Counted from the stretch's first letter, positions 24,603-36,590 are shown. The stretch: DNA of 64,000 nucleotides from Nemertoderma westbladi (GCA_032718475.1 JAUCBJ010001040.1:22079-86078); one strand, 5' to 3'. Made by a program: numbers and translations. Notes: generated from the sequence alone by a model not told the origin.

Positions 24603-26084
24603 ATGATAGTAAACAATATTCTGAACAAACAGAGCACAACCTGTGAAATTCACTTCTTACGAGACAAACAAATTAAAAAAGTAATAAGTAAACCAACGGC
24701 AATTGCAACATTGTTCAATAAAACATACCTAAATTTGGGAAACTTTCTTGGACTTGAGGACATTAAGTATAAATCATGTATGAATCGAAAAGTTAAGAAT
24801 AATAATTTCAGTTTTAGACACATTGATGCAATTGCAGTTAGTGATATAATTTCAAAACTAAATGAAAATAAATCACAGGGTCCCTCAAAAGTTCCACCCA
24901 AAATAATAAAATTAGTAGCACCTTATATAGTATTTGTCTTGACTTATTTAATTAACCAATCAATAACTAAATCAGAATTCCCCAGTAGGCTTAAGTTAGC
25001 AGATGTAACTCCAGTATACAAAAAAGGTGACAAGGAACAAGCAGATAATTATAGGCCAATATCAGTAACTTCATCTTTCGCAAAAATATATGAACGTGTT
25101 ATTTATATCCAATTAATAAACTATATAACTAAAAATAAACTACTCCCAACCAAACAGTTCGGATTTAGGAAATCATATTCTACAAAGGACGCTATAATTT
25201 ACGCAACAGAGAACTGGAGATCAAAACTTGACGTAGGAAACCATGTTGCTGTAGCAGCTCTTGACTTAAGTAAGGCTTTTGACTCTCTGAACCACAGTAT
25301 ACTTCTCCTTAAACTGAAAGAAATCGGACTCCACTCAACTGCTGTTACTTTCATGCGCAACTACCTTACCAATCGTAAACAAAGGGTCAAAATAAATGGG
25401 GACTACTCTAGCTGGGAACAGACTGAACGGGGAATTCCACAAGGAACGCTTCTAGGCCCACTTATGTTCCTCATATACGTCAATGAAATATCGGAATCTG
25501 AGAATCTTAACATCATTCAATACGCTGACGATACCCTTATCTTTGCTACAGGGCGAGATCCGATAACAGCCACTAAAATACTAGCGGAACGTATAACAAA
25601 AATAGAACGACAATTTCTAACTCTAAAAATGCAAGTAAATCCGGAAAAAACAGAGTTCATCTTAATAACACCTAATTCTAGAACCACTGAAATCAATGAA
25701 ATTAACCTACAATTAGGAAAAACAATAATACAACAAAGTTCGCAATTCAAATACTTAGGAGTATTGATTGATAACAAACTAAATTGGAAACCACAAATTA
25801 AATCAATCACAGAAAAAATGACCCACGCAGTATCCTGTCTAAGACTAATAAAGGGCCAATTACCAACAAGCACAAAACTTACTGTATTTAAAGCAACTGT
25901 TCTGCCATTACATAACTACTGCTGTGAAATTATCGCTCCACTTCACGACACACATGGATACAAGAACATACTATACGAGCTAGATAAAATACAAAATTAC
26001 GGATTACGCACCGTTTACTGCAAAAAAATTAGAGATGCTACAGGGACAGAACTACGTTCACAAGCAAAATTACCACATTTATAA
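24603..26084 (+). CDS. LINE reverse transcriptase (CR1/L2 group), prematurely terminated
   Basis: NYRPIS, QFGFR, LDLSKAFD, GIPQGTLLGPLMF, QYADDT, KYLGV. Confidence 0.92.
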   Translation: MIVNNILNKQSTTCEIHFLRDKQIKKVISKPTAIATLFNKTYLNLGNFLGLEDIKYKSCMNRKVKNNNFSFRHIDAIAVSDIISKLNENKSQGPSKVPPKIIKLVAPYIVFVLTYLINQSITKSEFPSRLKLADVTPVYKKGDKEQADNYRPISVTSSFAKIYERVIYIQLINYITKNKLLPTKQFGFRKSYSTKDAIIYATENWRSKLDVGNHVAVAALDLSKAFDSLNHSILLLKLKEIGLHSTAVTFMRNYLTNRKQRVKINGDYSSWEQTERGIPQGTLLGPLMFLIYVNEISESENLNIIQYADDTLIFATGRDPITATKILAERITKIERQFLTLKMQVNPEKTEFILITPNSRTTEINEINLQLGKTIIQQSSQFKYLGVLIDNKLNWKPQIKSITEKMTHAVSCLRLIKGQLPTSTKLTVFKATVLPLHNYCCEIIAPLHDTHGYKNILYELDKIQNYGLRTVYCKKIRDATGTELRSQAKLPHL

Positions 26085-26588
26085 GCACTTAGGAATTACT
26101 ATGCATTAAAATACTACTATAAATACTTTTACGATCTATCGACACCGTTTAAAAATCTTAGCTTACCTTTCCTACAAAACTATGGAATAAAGAACGATAA
26201 TATAAATAAGAGAACTCTTGTATTAAAATTCCAAAAACAAATACACTTTTCGGGTACAACAGCGTAATGGTAAGCAGCACCCGACTGTGGAATTCCTTAG
26301 ATAAAAATATCCGTGTGCTCAAGTCATACAAAGAATTTATAACTAAAATTAGGAGCCATTTCAGCAAAATGTACGCCCGTGAGGAAATAACTTAAACGAA
26401 ATAGCAAACAAACTCAAAAATACCAGAGACTGCTGGTTAACTTGATGATTGATAGTATTATGTTAATTGTGCTTACCCAGTACTAAGTAGTGTAGAGTAG
26501 ATCATAGATAGATACATTTAGTACATTATTATTAATAAATATAGATATATTAAAGTTAGGTAATGACGCTTTATTCAATAATTATCAG

Positions 26589-28510
26589 CAGTGCCGGATT
26601 AAGCCTCTGGTGGCCCTAAGGCACATTTTAGTAATTTCCAAAAATGGCCCGAAAATTGACATTTTTCCGCAAACCATTTCAAAAGAAATAGCTGCTGAAA
26701 ACAACTGAAATTGTGAAAATGTTGTGAAGGAAATATAAAGTTTTTCGTTGGATGACTGCGTGCCAATAAGTACTTTAATAATAAGTACTTTGCAAAAATA
26801 GTTTTCATCAAGAATTGTAACATTACTAAACGGGATATTATGCTATTCCTGTATAAAACCTTTGCTATAAAAAGTGTAATGCTTTTGGTAGAATTTCAGG
26901 CTTTAATTTTTAATATACTGTATTAATGGGACCATTGCCCCAAATCTATTTGTTTTATTTATAAAACTATTCTGAAAGTTTAACACAATGATCTGTGAAG
27001 TTTTACTATGAAAACTGAGTATAGATAGCTTCATAAACTCTTTGTTCGAAAAATATGGCACTTTTTGAGCAGGTCGGTTTTTTTCAAAAATTCTCTAAAT
27101 TTTGAGGCATTTATATGTAAATTAGCTCATATTTAAGGATCTATAATACCACCTGCATTGAAGTTCTTGACCGAAGACTTTGGTAAAATGGACCTAGATA
27201 TGTAGGCATCTTCTATGAAAACTTTAAAACAATTTTATTTATTAGCACAAAATTATTGTTTTTTAAAAATTTATGGGGGTTTTAGTATGTCCGGGCTATA
27301 TTTTGGGAATCAAATATTTTGTGATAGACAAAGTGTAGCAGTTACAACATCGGTTCTAGAATATCCAAATGGCCATGCTTTACAAAACCAACGATAGTAT
27401 TCCTAAAGCTGCTGAACATTTTGGTATATGTTTGATGGCAATTGAGTAAAAAATAAAATAGTAGTAGGGAATTTAGTAATGAAAAAAGTCAAAATGGACA
27501 AACTGATAAAAAGGTTGTTTTATACAGAGAGTCATAAATATCAGCAATATATTATGTTATTGAAAAGAGCAGTGTTGAGGTCAAAAAATAATTCAATGTT
27601 GAAAACCGATATCACCTTTTATGAAAGCCCTTCTATCAAACTACAAAAAAATTGTGTAAATTTTCAAAAATTTCATTTCTGTGGGGGTTATAGTTGGCCC
27701 CCTTATGGCTGACTGGTCCCAGTAGCATTTGACAATTTTGATCGGATCGTGGGACTGTGTTATTTATTTGCTGTAGGGTAGGTTTCGCAGGGTACTTAGA
27801 AATATAACACACCAAAAGTGTGGGCTTAGTGCAAAGATATAATATTTCTGATCTAGATTTTGAATTGCTGAGAAAGTAATGTTCTCCGATAAGATAACAG
27901 TCTTGGAAATAAGCACTTTTTGTCACTAATTTTAATTTACTAAAATTCAATTAGGGCCTATGCTGTCCGAGAGTTTTAGGTTTTGCAGGAATTGCACCTA
28001 AAATGCTATCGAATGCAAAATTCAATACACGGGGGTAGAACATCTGAATTTCGGTTTAATTAAATTACAGTAGTGACAAGAAGTTATTTCTGACACGTTT
28101 TTCTTTATCAACAACTATTTTATCTACAACTAAAATTATGTGGTTGTTCTAGAAAGTTTAAGAGCATAACGACAAATAATTACAATTCAATTGAAAAAAA
28201 AATTCAATTAAATTCTCCATTGTTCATAATTAGCACTTTAAAGTTTTACTACCAATGTTTTATTATTTCCCTGCCATCAGGTCTCGAACTAATAACACAG
28301 CACCTGACCCCTCGACTGAGCAAAAATTTTCACTTTCTATCACAAATTTAGGGATAGAAAGTAGTCGAAAGATGCACTTTTATGCTCTGTTTTCTACTAA
28401 TTTTAGAAAATATTTTTTTCATAGGAATGACTCATTGATAAAAAATGGCCCGTATTTTCGGCTGGCCCTAAGGCACGTGCCTTATATGTCTTAAGGTTAA
28501 TCCGGCACTG
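26589..28510. mobile_element. Non-autonomous hAT element, 1922 bp
   Basis: TIRs CAGTGCCGGATTAA / TTAATCCGGCACTG; perfect 8-bp TSD ATTATCAG (26581-26588, 28511-28518); subterminal tggccctaaggcac at both ends. Confidence 0.92.
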
Positions 28511-28620
28511 ATTATCAGCCATAACGATATCTATCTGTTAGGCTGCCTCTGTGCGGTTTTTTTCCTATAAAACTTGTTGCGGAGTTTTTGAATAAAAAGA
28601 ATTTATTATTATTATTATTA

Positions 28621-29492
28621 TATTAATCAGAACCTCATCAGTCTGTCCAGTCTGCATTCGGTGCTCTTGAACACCCACTACACTAAGAGCAAGCTTATCT
28701 GCCAAGGCAGTCAGCTCACCTTGTCGCATTGGGGACCCGAGTGTTCGGGTGTTTACTGAGGCTAGTCTAATGACTTGCCTCAGATTCACCAATGGCTTTG
28801 TTGGTCGGGGTGGAACATGAGAGTAGCCTCCAACTCCAGAACCCCTCTCCCCCTCACAATCTGGCCTCCCTGGTGACCCAGGGTTTGGGCCAGAAAGGTC
28901 ATCAGGGAAGGGACTCAAAGAATTGTTGGCTTCTCTCTCTCCAGTAGGGGGTGAGACAGGCAGCCGGTCAGGAGATAACTGACGCCTGTGAGGCTGATTG
29001 TGTCCAGTCATTCCACTGGCCTCTACTGGCTGGACCTCTGCATTACTAATGTAATCCATAGTAGGGGTTGGGGGTGCTTTTTTGCCGAGTCAGCTCTCAG
29101 GGCAAATGCCACACCCTGGATTGCCATTCCACAGGGTGGGTGTCGCAGTGGAGTCAGATATGAGGCCCATCACCCATATCTACTCTGGCGCACATGACCC
29201 ACCATTGGCTGTGCAGCTCATCTGCTGGGTCATGCCCTGTACCCCTGCTGCCAGGTGCAGGTCGCAGTGAAGAGCATTCAGAGTGGACATGAGAACACTC
29301 TACTCCTGACCAGCCATTGGTAGATCACCATCTGCCTGGCCAGGCCATATACCCCTGCAGCCAAGTATATGGGTCCTTAATCCAGGACCAAGGGCGTCCT
29401 TATCCCAGAACGAAGGGGGTCCTAGTTACGGGACCAGATTTGCCCTAGTAAGAGGGTCTATGCAGCTACAGGTGGCACCTCCTTTTTGCTGC
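28621..29492 (-). mobile_element. RTE LINE 5' UTR and start of the AP-endonuclease domain
   Basis: IRLASVNTRTL..ELT..LSVVGVQEHR motif; GC-rich leader; truncated at the LINE tail. Confidence 0.8.
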
Positions 29493-29497
29493 ATAGA

Positions 29498-29798
29498 TAT
29501 TGGGATCGGAAATAAATGAATACCAGCTGCATCAGTTTATTAATGGTCGACATACAGAACAGCATATCAAACAATAATATGAACCAACAGACCAACGAAC
29601 ACACCCACCACCTTACAGCACATCAGTACAGCAGTACAGTAGGTACCGGTAACGGTTACTGTACCTACAGACCTAGAAGATAGGAAAGACTGAATACCGG
29701 AATACCAGAAGAGGACCGGTAGCTAAAAGACCAGTAGGTTGGATCTAACCACCACCAAGCCAGGGTCTACTAGAGCCCTAACAATACATAATCTAACA
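29498..29798 (-). repeat. 3' LTR
   Basis: TGTTAG...CCAATA on the minus strand; preceded by PPT ttGGGGGAGA (29799-29808). Confidence 0.95.
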
Positions 29799-29868
29799 TC
29801 TCCCCCAAGAACAATGTAGGAGACATTTGTACTGAAAAAAAAAATCCAACCACCACCAATAGGTCAGT

Positions 29869-32800
29869 TCATTGAACTCCGAATCTTGCTGGTTGCTTGT
29901 GAGTTCTCGAACTGCGCCTGGGAAGATCATCAGCGAACTGTACCTGTTTTTGAGGCGTTATATCACGAAGAGAAGAGTCATCTGGGATGGAACGTAGATA
30001 ACGACGATTTCTCCAATACACCCGACCATTGTCTAGTTCTATCCGGTAATCTCGCCTAGTACCACGGGAAAGGACGATACCAGATTTGTTCCATAGTTTG
30101 GAATGTGCACTCTGGATGCAAACTCGGGAACCAATAGGAATCGGGGTTAAGTCGTGAGCATGATCATTATAATATGATTCAGTTGCTGAAGACGTTGAAG
30201 GACCAGGGATAGGGAATGAATCACCTGCCAGTGTGGATGAATGAGCTGGTATAGTAGAACGGAGGGATCTACCGAACAACAGTTGAGCTGGAGACATACC
30301 ATGTTCTTTAGGAGTATTTCTCCATTCCAGCAAACCACGAACAAAGCAAGTAGAGTTTAGATCTCCTTTGACATCTAACTTTTTTATCAATGATTTCATG
30401 GCCTTTACAGCCCCCTCTGCATGACCATTAGACTGAGGATACTCAGGAGTAGAATACTCAGGGATGATATTCCATTCGGATAAGAAATCATGATAACGTG
30501 CTGAATTAAATTGTGTACCACCATCAGAACGAAGGCGTTTTGGAATACCGAAATCTTTGAACCATCCTCGAAGAGCTGAAATAACTTGAGAGCTGGAAGG
30601 ATCGGCACGCCAAGAATGAACGCATGGCCACCCAGAATATCTATCAACATAAACCAGGTATGACCAGGTGCTGAAGTAGAAAAGATCAGCAGAGCAATCC
30701 TCCATTGGAAGACATGGATGAGGGTCGCTTTGGAGAGACTCTTTAGGTAAACTTGGTTGATAAAGTTGACACTGGGGACAAGAATTGACTATGTTTGTAA
30801 TATCGCTATTGATACCAGGCCAGAATACAGTTTGCCTAGCTCTCCTCTTAGAACGTTCAATGCCCTGATGAGCATCATGAAGGTGCTTCAGGACATTCTT
30901 GCGGAGGGAAGATGGAATTACAATCCGGGAACCTAATAAAAGAAGATTATCTTCACAAGATAACTGATGTCGCACATTCCAGAATGGGCGTATGTGCACA
31001 GAACATTGTGTGGATGTTGAGGGAAATCCAGAAATAACAGCATCCACCAAAGCCATGTAAGAAATATCATCCTTTGCAGATGATCGGATAGACTCAATAT
31101 ATGAATCCTTGAGATGACTTGGAGCATCAGAAACAACAATTGAGGTAGACACGTGACGAATGACTGCGGAAACATGGTCATTGACATCTGTATCACAAAG
31201 AATATCCTCTGGAGTAGGATCCGAAACAGGGGCACGGGAAAGTGTGTCTGGAATCGAATCGATATCGGAAGTGATATCGGAAGTGATATCGGAAGTGATA
31301 TCAGAAGTGATATTGGAAGTGATATCGGAAGTGATATCGGAAGTGATATCGGAAATGATATCGGAAGTGATATCAGAAGTGATATCGGAAGTGATATCGG
31401 AAGTGATATCAGAAGTGATATCGGAAGTGATATCGGAAGGATGGACCCAATCAGTTGGTTCGTTATCCAGAACTGGACAAATAATACCTTGTTCAACCAT
31501 TTTCTCTGAGCGAGCTTTAGCCCAGTCTCTAATGGCTAAAGGAAGTTGCCTGGCTGTATGAATAGCACATTGTTGGGCATCATCTTTTAATGAAATGGTC
31601 ATGGGTGGGCCATTCATTGGACGAAGTTTGTCATCTTGGTCAAAAACATCAGAATAAGCCTTTATGAGTTTCTGCTTAACAGTATCCCATTCTGAAGGCG
31701 AAGGTTCATCAGAAAGATGGAAGTCAACCTTGAATGATGTTGTTGGAATTGAGTTTTTAATACCAATTGGTGACATATTAGAAGAATTAGAAGAAGCAAC
31801 AGACTGAATTTCTGCCACTGGTTCTGGATATGAACTTGAAATAATTCCTAGGTTTTGACAAGTATACCATGCCAAAAGAATTCCATTGACTTCTTCACAA
31901 ATGCAGATAAGCTCATCAGTTGAATATTCACCATAGGAAATTGTGGTGTGGAGGAGACCAATGCATGAAAGAAGACTACCATTAGCAGCAGAAAGATCAT
32001 CATGGTCTGGTGGAAGTAAATTTTCTTTGTCAATAGAAAGGGCCTGAAGAAAATCTAAGCCGGCAACAGTGGCCTCAGCACCAGTATCTGGAGTTGCTTT
32101 GAGAGAACCGAATAAATGTCCTGTTGCGATATGACAGAAGTTCAGAAATACTTTCGGAGCTTGACGATTATGGCTTCCAACCAAATTGAGGGTGATGCGG
32201 CTAATGGGTTTTGTCTTAGGTTTTGAAGATGAATTCGAATTATTTTGTTTAGACCGACAAACATTGGCAAAGTGGCCTTCCTTGCCACAATAAGAACAAT
32301 CTTTGTTCCTTGCTGGACAGTCAGCGCGTTTATGGTCTGTTTTACCACAACCATAACAAACTATAGGGCCAGTAGTTGAAGAATTGTTTCTGGAATTGGA
32401 TTTAGAAGAATTGTTGCGCCTGGAATTATAAGGCTTTTTGTTGTGAAAACGAGATTGTCGAGAAGCTTGGTTGATTGAAGGGTTTTTTAAATCCTGAACT
32501 CCAGCTTGGGCTGATTCCTCAGACCTACAAAGATTTACAGCATCTTCAAGCGAAGGAAATGGAGTCAATGCAAGAAGTTTAGATCTGGTGTCCTCGCAAG
32601 AAATACCAGACATAATTCGAGTAGTCAACCGCCGATCGAAACAATGACGACATAGATCAGCATCTCGAGCAAGATCTTTAATAGCAACCAGGTAGCTATC
32701 AAAATTTTCACTTTGACGTTGTTTCCTATTATCAAACTGAACACAATCAAGGGCTATATTCCGTTTACCACGAAAATAACTTTGAATACAATCTATTAAC

Positions 32801-33261
32801 ACCTGAACTGTTAAAGGATTATCATGTGTGTCAGGAGGAATGTCAATAACTTGTTCCAGTGTAGAGCGCATACCTATAGAAAGGTAACTCCTGAAAATAC
32901 AGATTTGCCTATCCCTAGCCATTCTATCCATCTGAAATGCAGAATAATAATCCGCCCAAACCGACTTCCAAGTTTCAAATTTTGCTAAACTGAAATCCGG
33001 TTCTAAAGCAATTGGTGCTTTAATTTGAAGATTACGAGGGGTTGAGTCAGCCTGATGAACTACAGGTTGATGTGGTTGACCAAGTAATTGTTGAAATTGA
33101 TGGGCATTTTGGGCTTGGGATTGTGCTAAGGAATCAGCCAAATCGCGTTGTGATTTAACTAAAGCATGTAGAAGAGCTGAGGTGGGATCAGGATTACCAC
33201 GACCAGCCAACTGTTCTCTTAAAACCTCCAGTTCGGTTTCGAGTTCAGCTTTAGTAGGCAT
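29869..33261 (-). CDS. Gag-protease-(SDIT)n-integrase polyprotein, 1130 aa
   Basis: Two CCHC knuckles, PDTGA protease, RT start (EPTDWVHP) cut by the repeat, resumes at PDTLSRAP, then HHCC zinc finger and D-D-E (ADLF, SDGG, SNGHAE) integrase; no YxDD. Confidence 0.95.
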   Translation of the reverse strand: MPTKAELETELEVLREQLAGRGNPDPTSALLHALVKSQRDLADSLAQSQAQNAHQFQQLLGQPHQPVVHQADSTPRNLQIKAPIALEPDFSLAKFETWKSVWADYYSAFQMDRMARDRQICIFRSYLSIGMRSTLEQVIDIPPDTHDNPLTVQVLIDCIQSYFRGKRNIALDCVQFDNRKQRQSENFDSYLVAIKDLARDADLCRHCFDRRLTTRIMSGISCEDTRSKLLALTPFPSLEDAVNLCRSEESAQAGVQDLKNPSINQASRQSRFHNKKPYNSRRNNSSKSNSRNNSSTTGPIVCYGCGKTDHKRADCPARNKDCSYCGKEGHFANVCRSKQNNSNSSSKPKTKPISRITLNLVGSHNRQAPKVFLNFCHIATGHLFGSLKATPDTGAEATVAGLDFLQALSIDKENLLPPDHDDLSAANGSLLSCIGLLHTTISYGEYSTDELICICEEVNGILLAWYTCQNLGIISSSYPEPVAEIQSVASSNSSNMSPIGIKNSIPTTSFKVDFHLSDEPSPSEWDTVKQKLIKAYSDVFDQDDKLRPMNGPPMTISLKDDAQQCAIHTARQLPLAIRDWAKARSEKMVEQGIICPVLDNEPTDWVHPSDITSDITSDITSDITSDITSDITSDIISDITSDITSDITSNITSDITSDITSDITSDIDSIPDTLSRAPVSDPTPEDILCDTDVNDHVSAVIRHVSTSIVVSDAPSHLKDSYIESIRSSAKDDISYMALVDAVISGFPSTSTQCSVHIRPFWNVRHQLSCEDNLLLLGSRIVIPSSLRKNVLKHLHDAHQGIERSKRRARQTVFWPGINSDITNIVNSCPQCQLYQPSLPKESLQSDPHPCLPMEDCSADLFYFSTWSYLVYVDRYSGWPCVHSWRADPSSSQVISALRGWFKDFGIPKRLRSDGGTQFNSARYHDFLSEWNIIPEYSTPEYPQSNGHAEGAVKAMKSLIKKLDVKGDLNSTCFVRGLLEWRNTPKEHGMSPAQLLFGRSLRSTIPAHSSTLAGDSFPIPGPSTSSATESYYNDHAHDLTPIPIGSRVCIQSAHSKLWNKSGIVLSRGTRRDYRIELDNGRVYWRNRRYLRSIPDDSSLRDITPQKQVQFADDLPRRSSRTHKQPARFGVQ
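31261..31440. repeat. 15 x 12-bp tandem array (GATATCGGAAGT)n
   Basis: Counted directly; variant units 4, 5, 8, 10 and 13. Confidence 0.98.
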
Positions 33262-33780
33262 ATCTGACTGTTGAATATTAGAGAAATTTCAGGAAATTAA
33301 ATATCCGAAAAAATTTGCAAAATCCGAAAAGAAAAAATTTTGCAAAAATGTGCAAAACTTTTGCATGCAAATCAGCCAAAATCTGTAGTTATCGAATACT
33401 GGCAGACTGGAATACCGCCTGACTGCTGAATGTGAATAGGTACCGGTAGTTTCTAATTAGGCTAGCGGGCGTCGCTGCCTACCCCTCACGGCCCCCGGAC
33501 AGTGCAAGGTCCTCAGCGCCGATGTACCGTCGTCGCTGTGTTTTTCGCCAACGATGTAGCTACACAACGACAACGATAACCGCGAGCCACTCCACTGTCC
33601 GTCCCAAGGGCTTAGTTTAGAAGAGTACTGGAGTAGGTACACCACCGGAAGTATAGGTAGGTAGCTAGGCCTAGATCAGAATCAGTAGAGGCGACCGGTA
33701 GAATAATATTGAATTATCTGACCTGCTGAATGCGCTGGAATGTCCACCATTTGAATAGGGTTGTAGGAACATCAAGTACA

Positions 33781-33791
33781 TCACTGCGCCA
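33781..33791 (-). promoter_or_regulatory. Primer-binding site TGGCGCAGTGA (probably tRNA-Ser)
   Basis: Immediately follows the 5' LTR and begins with TGG. Confidence 0.8.
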
Positions 33792-34092
33792 TATTGGGAT
33801 CGGAAATAAATGAATACCAGCTGCATCAGTTTATTAATGGTCGACATACAGAACAGCATATCAAACAATAATATGAACCAACAGACCAACGAACACACCC
33901 ACCACCTTACAGCACATCAGTACAGCAGTACAGTAGGTACCGGTAACGGTTACTGTACCTACAGACCTAGAAGATAGGAAAGACTGAATACCGGAATACC
34001 AGAAGAGGACCGGTAGCTAAAAGACCAGTAGGTTGGATCTAACCACCACCAAGCCAGGGTCTACTAGAACCCTAACAATACATAATCTAACA
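33792..34092 (-). repeat. 5' LTR
   Basis: Matches 29498-29798. Confidence 0.95.
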
Positions 34093-34199
34093 ATAGAGGT
34101 GGCAAGTTTTCTTGATCAATGACCTAGAATACCTGACCTGACGTGGCAGGATGGTGAACCAAGGGAGACTGATAACGAATCTAGGATAGAGGATATTGA

Positions 34200-35020
34200 G
34201 GATAGATAGTGACCATCAGATTCTGAAACAGAGTCAGAGTCAGATACCAACACAGTACCTGAACATCTAACTATGCCCCAGAATTAGAAGCAGTTGTGGC
34301 CAAAACCTGCCAAGATTCCGAGGAGAATGATTTATACAAAATCATATTAAAAGTGTTACAAGAAGGTGTGGGCAAATATTTTGCAGTATATTTCTCAATA
34401 AGAAGCCGTATTAAGGCGAGGTCTTGGACATTGTTAGAAGTTCTTCTGCGCATGTGGTCAAATTGAAATTCAAGTTCTTGAGGGAGACTGATAAGGCCTT
34501 GTTTATATGTCCCAGTCATGAAGACATTGAAGTAGTTGACAAGATATTTGTCATAAATGGTCCAATGTAAATAATACTTCCAGAAGGCCCTCAGAATAGT
34601 GTTTGAGCTCTTCTAAACAATAAAGCCCAGTACAAATTCTTTGAATAATATGACATAGCAGTATTGGCCAAGATGTTCAAAGATGTTCTGTATATTAAAT
34701 TATCCTTACTCTTATTGGAGAGATGTCTGCCGCATGCAATAGAACATTTAAATATTGCTTTGAAGGATATTTGATTATATAGGCCTATATTATTAGCATT
34801 TCTGTTTGTTTGTTTTGTTCCGTTCCTTTTCATGATTGCAGGAGGTCTTTATAGTTACTCCATTTTGAAATTTATAATGCAGTTCCTACCCTACAGTGTT
34901 ATATAGTAAATACGATATGCAATTTTATAAAACGGTACCTTTCCTTATGCAAGCCGCAATCAATGCATTACATTTATTGTGTTTTTTTTAAAACCCCCAG
35001 TGTGTTCAAATTCACCCCTT
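34200..35020 (+). mobile_element. Degenerate DNA-transposase C-terminus with a pogo-like 3' TIR
   Basis: Acidic tract, GKYFAVYF..KFKFL..EDIEVVDKIFVINGP across frames; tgttcaaattcacccc at ~35003 resembles the pogo TIR at 21455-21470. Confidence 0.4.
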
Positions 35021-35734
35021 CTTAGTAGGGCATTTGAAAGTCACCTCAACTGTAGGGTGAAATTGAATAGTCACTAAATTAAAAAAAAATGTCTTAATAA
35101 TGCCTAAATATGTTAATGTTTCGGCTGTTAGCTAACATTATGACCCATAGTTTCAATGTATCATATCACATAGTTTCAATAGTAGTTTTTTTCATTGTAT
35201 ACTGTGATATAGGTTTGGTTTTGTTTATTAATTACAATACATCAATTTCGGAATTAACTAACTAACTATCATACATAAAAAAAACTCATTCGCAAACAAC
35301 CTTCCTGCACCCCTCAAAAAGTGAGAAAAGGTCTGCAATTTGTCGAATATATTTTCAATGTGGACTAATACAAAATTTAGTGTGTAATTTTTAAACCAAA
35401 AGAAGACACAGTCACTTGAATCTGACTCTAATCAGGGGCATTTACTATTACTGTGTGTTACTTCCTGTAAATAGTCAACATCGTACCGATACCACTACAC
35501 TATTACACCTCTATTAGATTTCCTGCAAGTTAGTTCTATATCTTCAATGTTTAGTTCATTTACTTTCGGTTTAGTGTTTAGTACGGGTAGCAACAAGCAA
35601 CTAACAGATGATAGGTCGGCAATTCAATTCAACCTTAGTACCGGTAGCAATACCAGACCACCAGTAATGTAGTACTTCCTGTATACTATTATACTAAATA
35701 GGAATATACTAAATAGGATATTTCTAAATAAGAA

Positions 35735-36590
35735 ACCTGATGCCTTTATCACGATGACGTGTAACCCTAATTGGCCAGAGATTCAGCAATCCCTGTTCAC
35801 AGGACAGCACACTGAAGATCCCCCTGACATCGTAGCTTGGGTGTTCCGCATAAAACTCAATGAACTCATTTCCACTTTGTGGGAGACGAAATCCTTTGGG
35901 AAACTCGATGCCCGAATCCATATCGTTTCACTTCCTCTGACCAGGTCGATCTCCACGGAACTTCCACCAGATCCCATGGATTTCCCTGAAGGTACTTCCG
36001 AAACTTATGATTACTGAGCAATGTATTAAATTATATGACTCACTCATGTGGCCCTATTTACAAACTATCCAATAATGGTGCCTTTAAGAAGGGTTTTCCC
36101 AAGGATTTTTGCGAATCTACCAAGTGGGAGGACTCATCCTTTTACCCAGAGTACCGACTATCAACAACCTTTTCATTGTCCCCTATTCTCCATACCTTAT
36201 CCTGAAATACGATTGCCACATAAACTTTGAGATTTGTATTTCGCCACACATGGTAAAATATTTATTTAAATATATCCATAAAGGTGGCGATAGACTAATG
36301 TTGGCTGCTGATATAGATGAAATCAGCCACTACCAGAATCTCCGCAACATAGGTTCGCCAGAGGCAGCATGGTCGATCCTCGGTTTTGAGATCACTCAGC
36401 AGCAACCTCCTGTACAAGCTCTCCGCCTCCATCTTAAGGACGAGCAAATGGTTATCTTCAATGAAGAAGCCAATGTAGCAGAAGTGATAGCTGAAGGTTC
36501 CCATGATACCGAACTGATGGCGTTTTTAATTATAATGCAGCCAATCCAGGGACATTGGTTAGATTCGTCGACTTCCCCAAGAATTTTACA
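35735..36590 (+). mobile_element. Helitron RepHel Rep-domain fragment, internally deleted
   Basis: FITMTCNPNWPEI..PDIVA.VF..KL; VPYSPYLILKYDCHINFEIC..KYLFKYIHKGGDR..EAAWSILGF..PPVQALRLHL. Confidence 0.88.

Larger units (their letters stand above)
22422..26182 (+). repeat. Source copy of a 3761-bp direct segmental duplication
   Basis: Identical ORF set at constant offset 15484; flanks continue into pogo (left) and LINE (right). Confidence 0.95.
24585..28620 (+). mobile_element. 5'-truncated CR1/L2-group LINE with a hAT insertion in its 3' UTR
   Basis: RT ORF; C-terminal remnant STRLWNSLDKNIR beyond a premature stop; AATAAA and (ATT)n tail at ~28590-28620. Confidence 0.85.
29498..34092 (-). 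mobile_element. Ty3/Gypsy (Mag-like) LTR retrotransposon lacking RT and RNase H
   Basis: Two 301-bp LTRs with one mismatch seen; 5-bp TSD ATAGA (29493-29497, 34093-34097); PBS and PPT; single ORF. Confidence 0.97.

Noticed and set aside
26927-27721. Nested element with TGGGACCA/TGGTCCCA ends inside the hAT
   Set aside because: Only an 8-bp inverted match and no TSD.
29430-29497. HDV-like ribozyme at the RTE 5' end (hairpin tctatgcagc..gctgcataga)
   Set aside because: A hairpin is present, but I could not build the P2/P3/P1.1 double pseudoknot by eye.
31261-31440. Tandem arrays here and at 53257, 54075 and 63526 as CRISPR arrays
   Set aside because: Head-to-tail units with no unique spacers, no cas genes, eukaryotic context.
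30933-31561. Overlapping ORFs with (ISLP)n, (DIGS)n and (ISEV)n
   Set aside because: Shadow frames of a largely stop-free 12-bp repeat.
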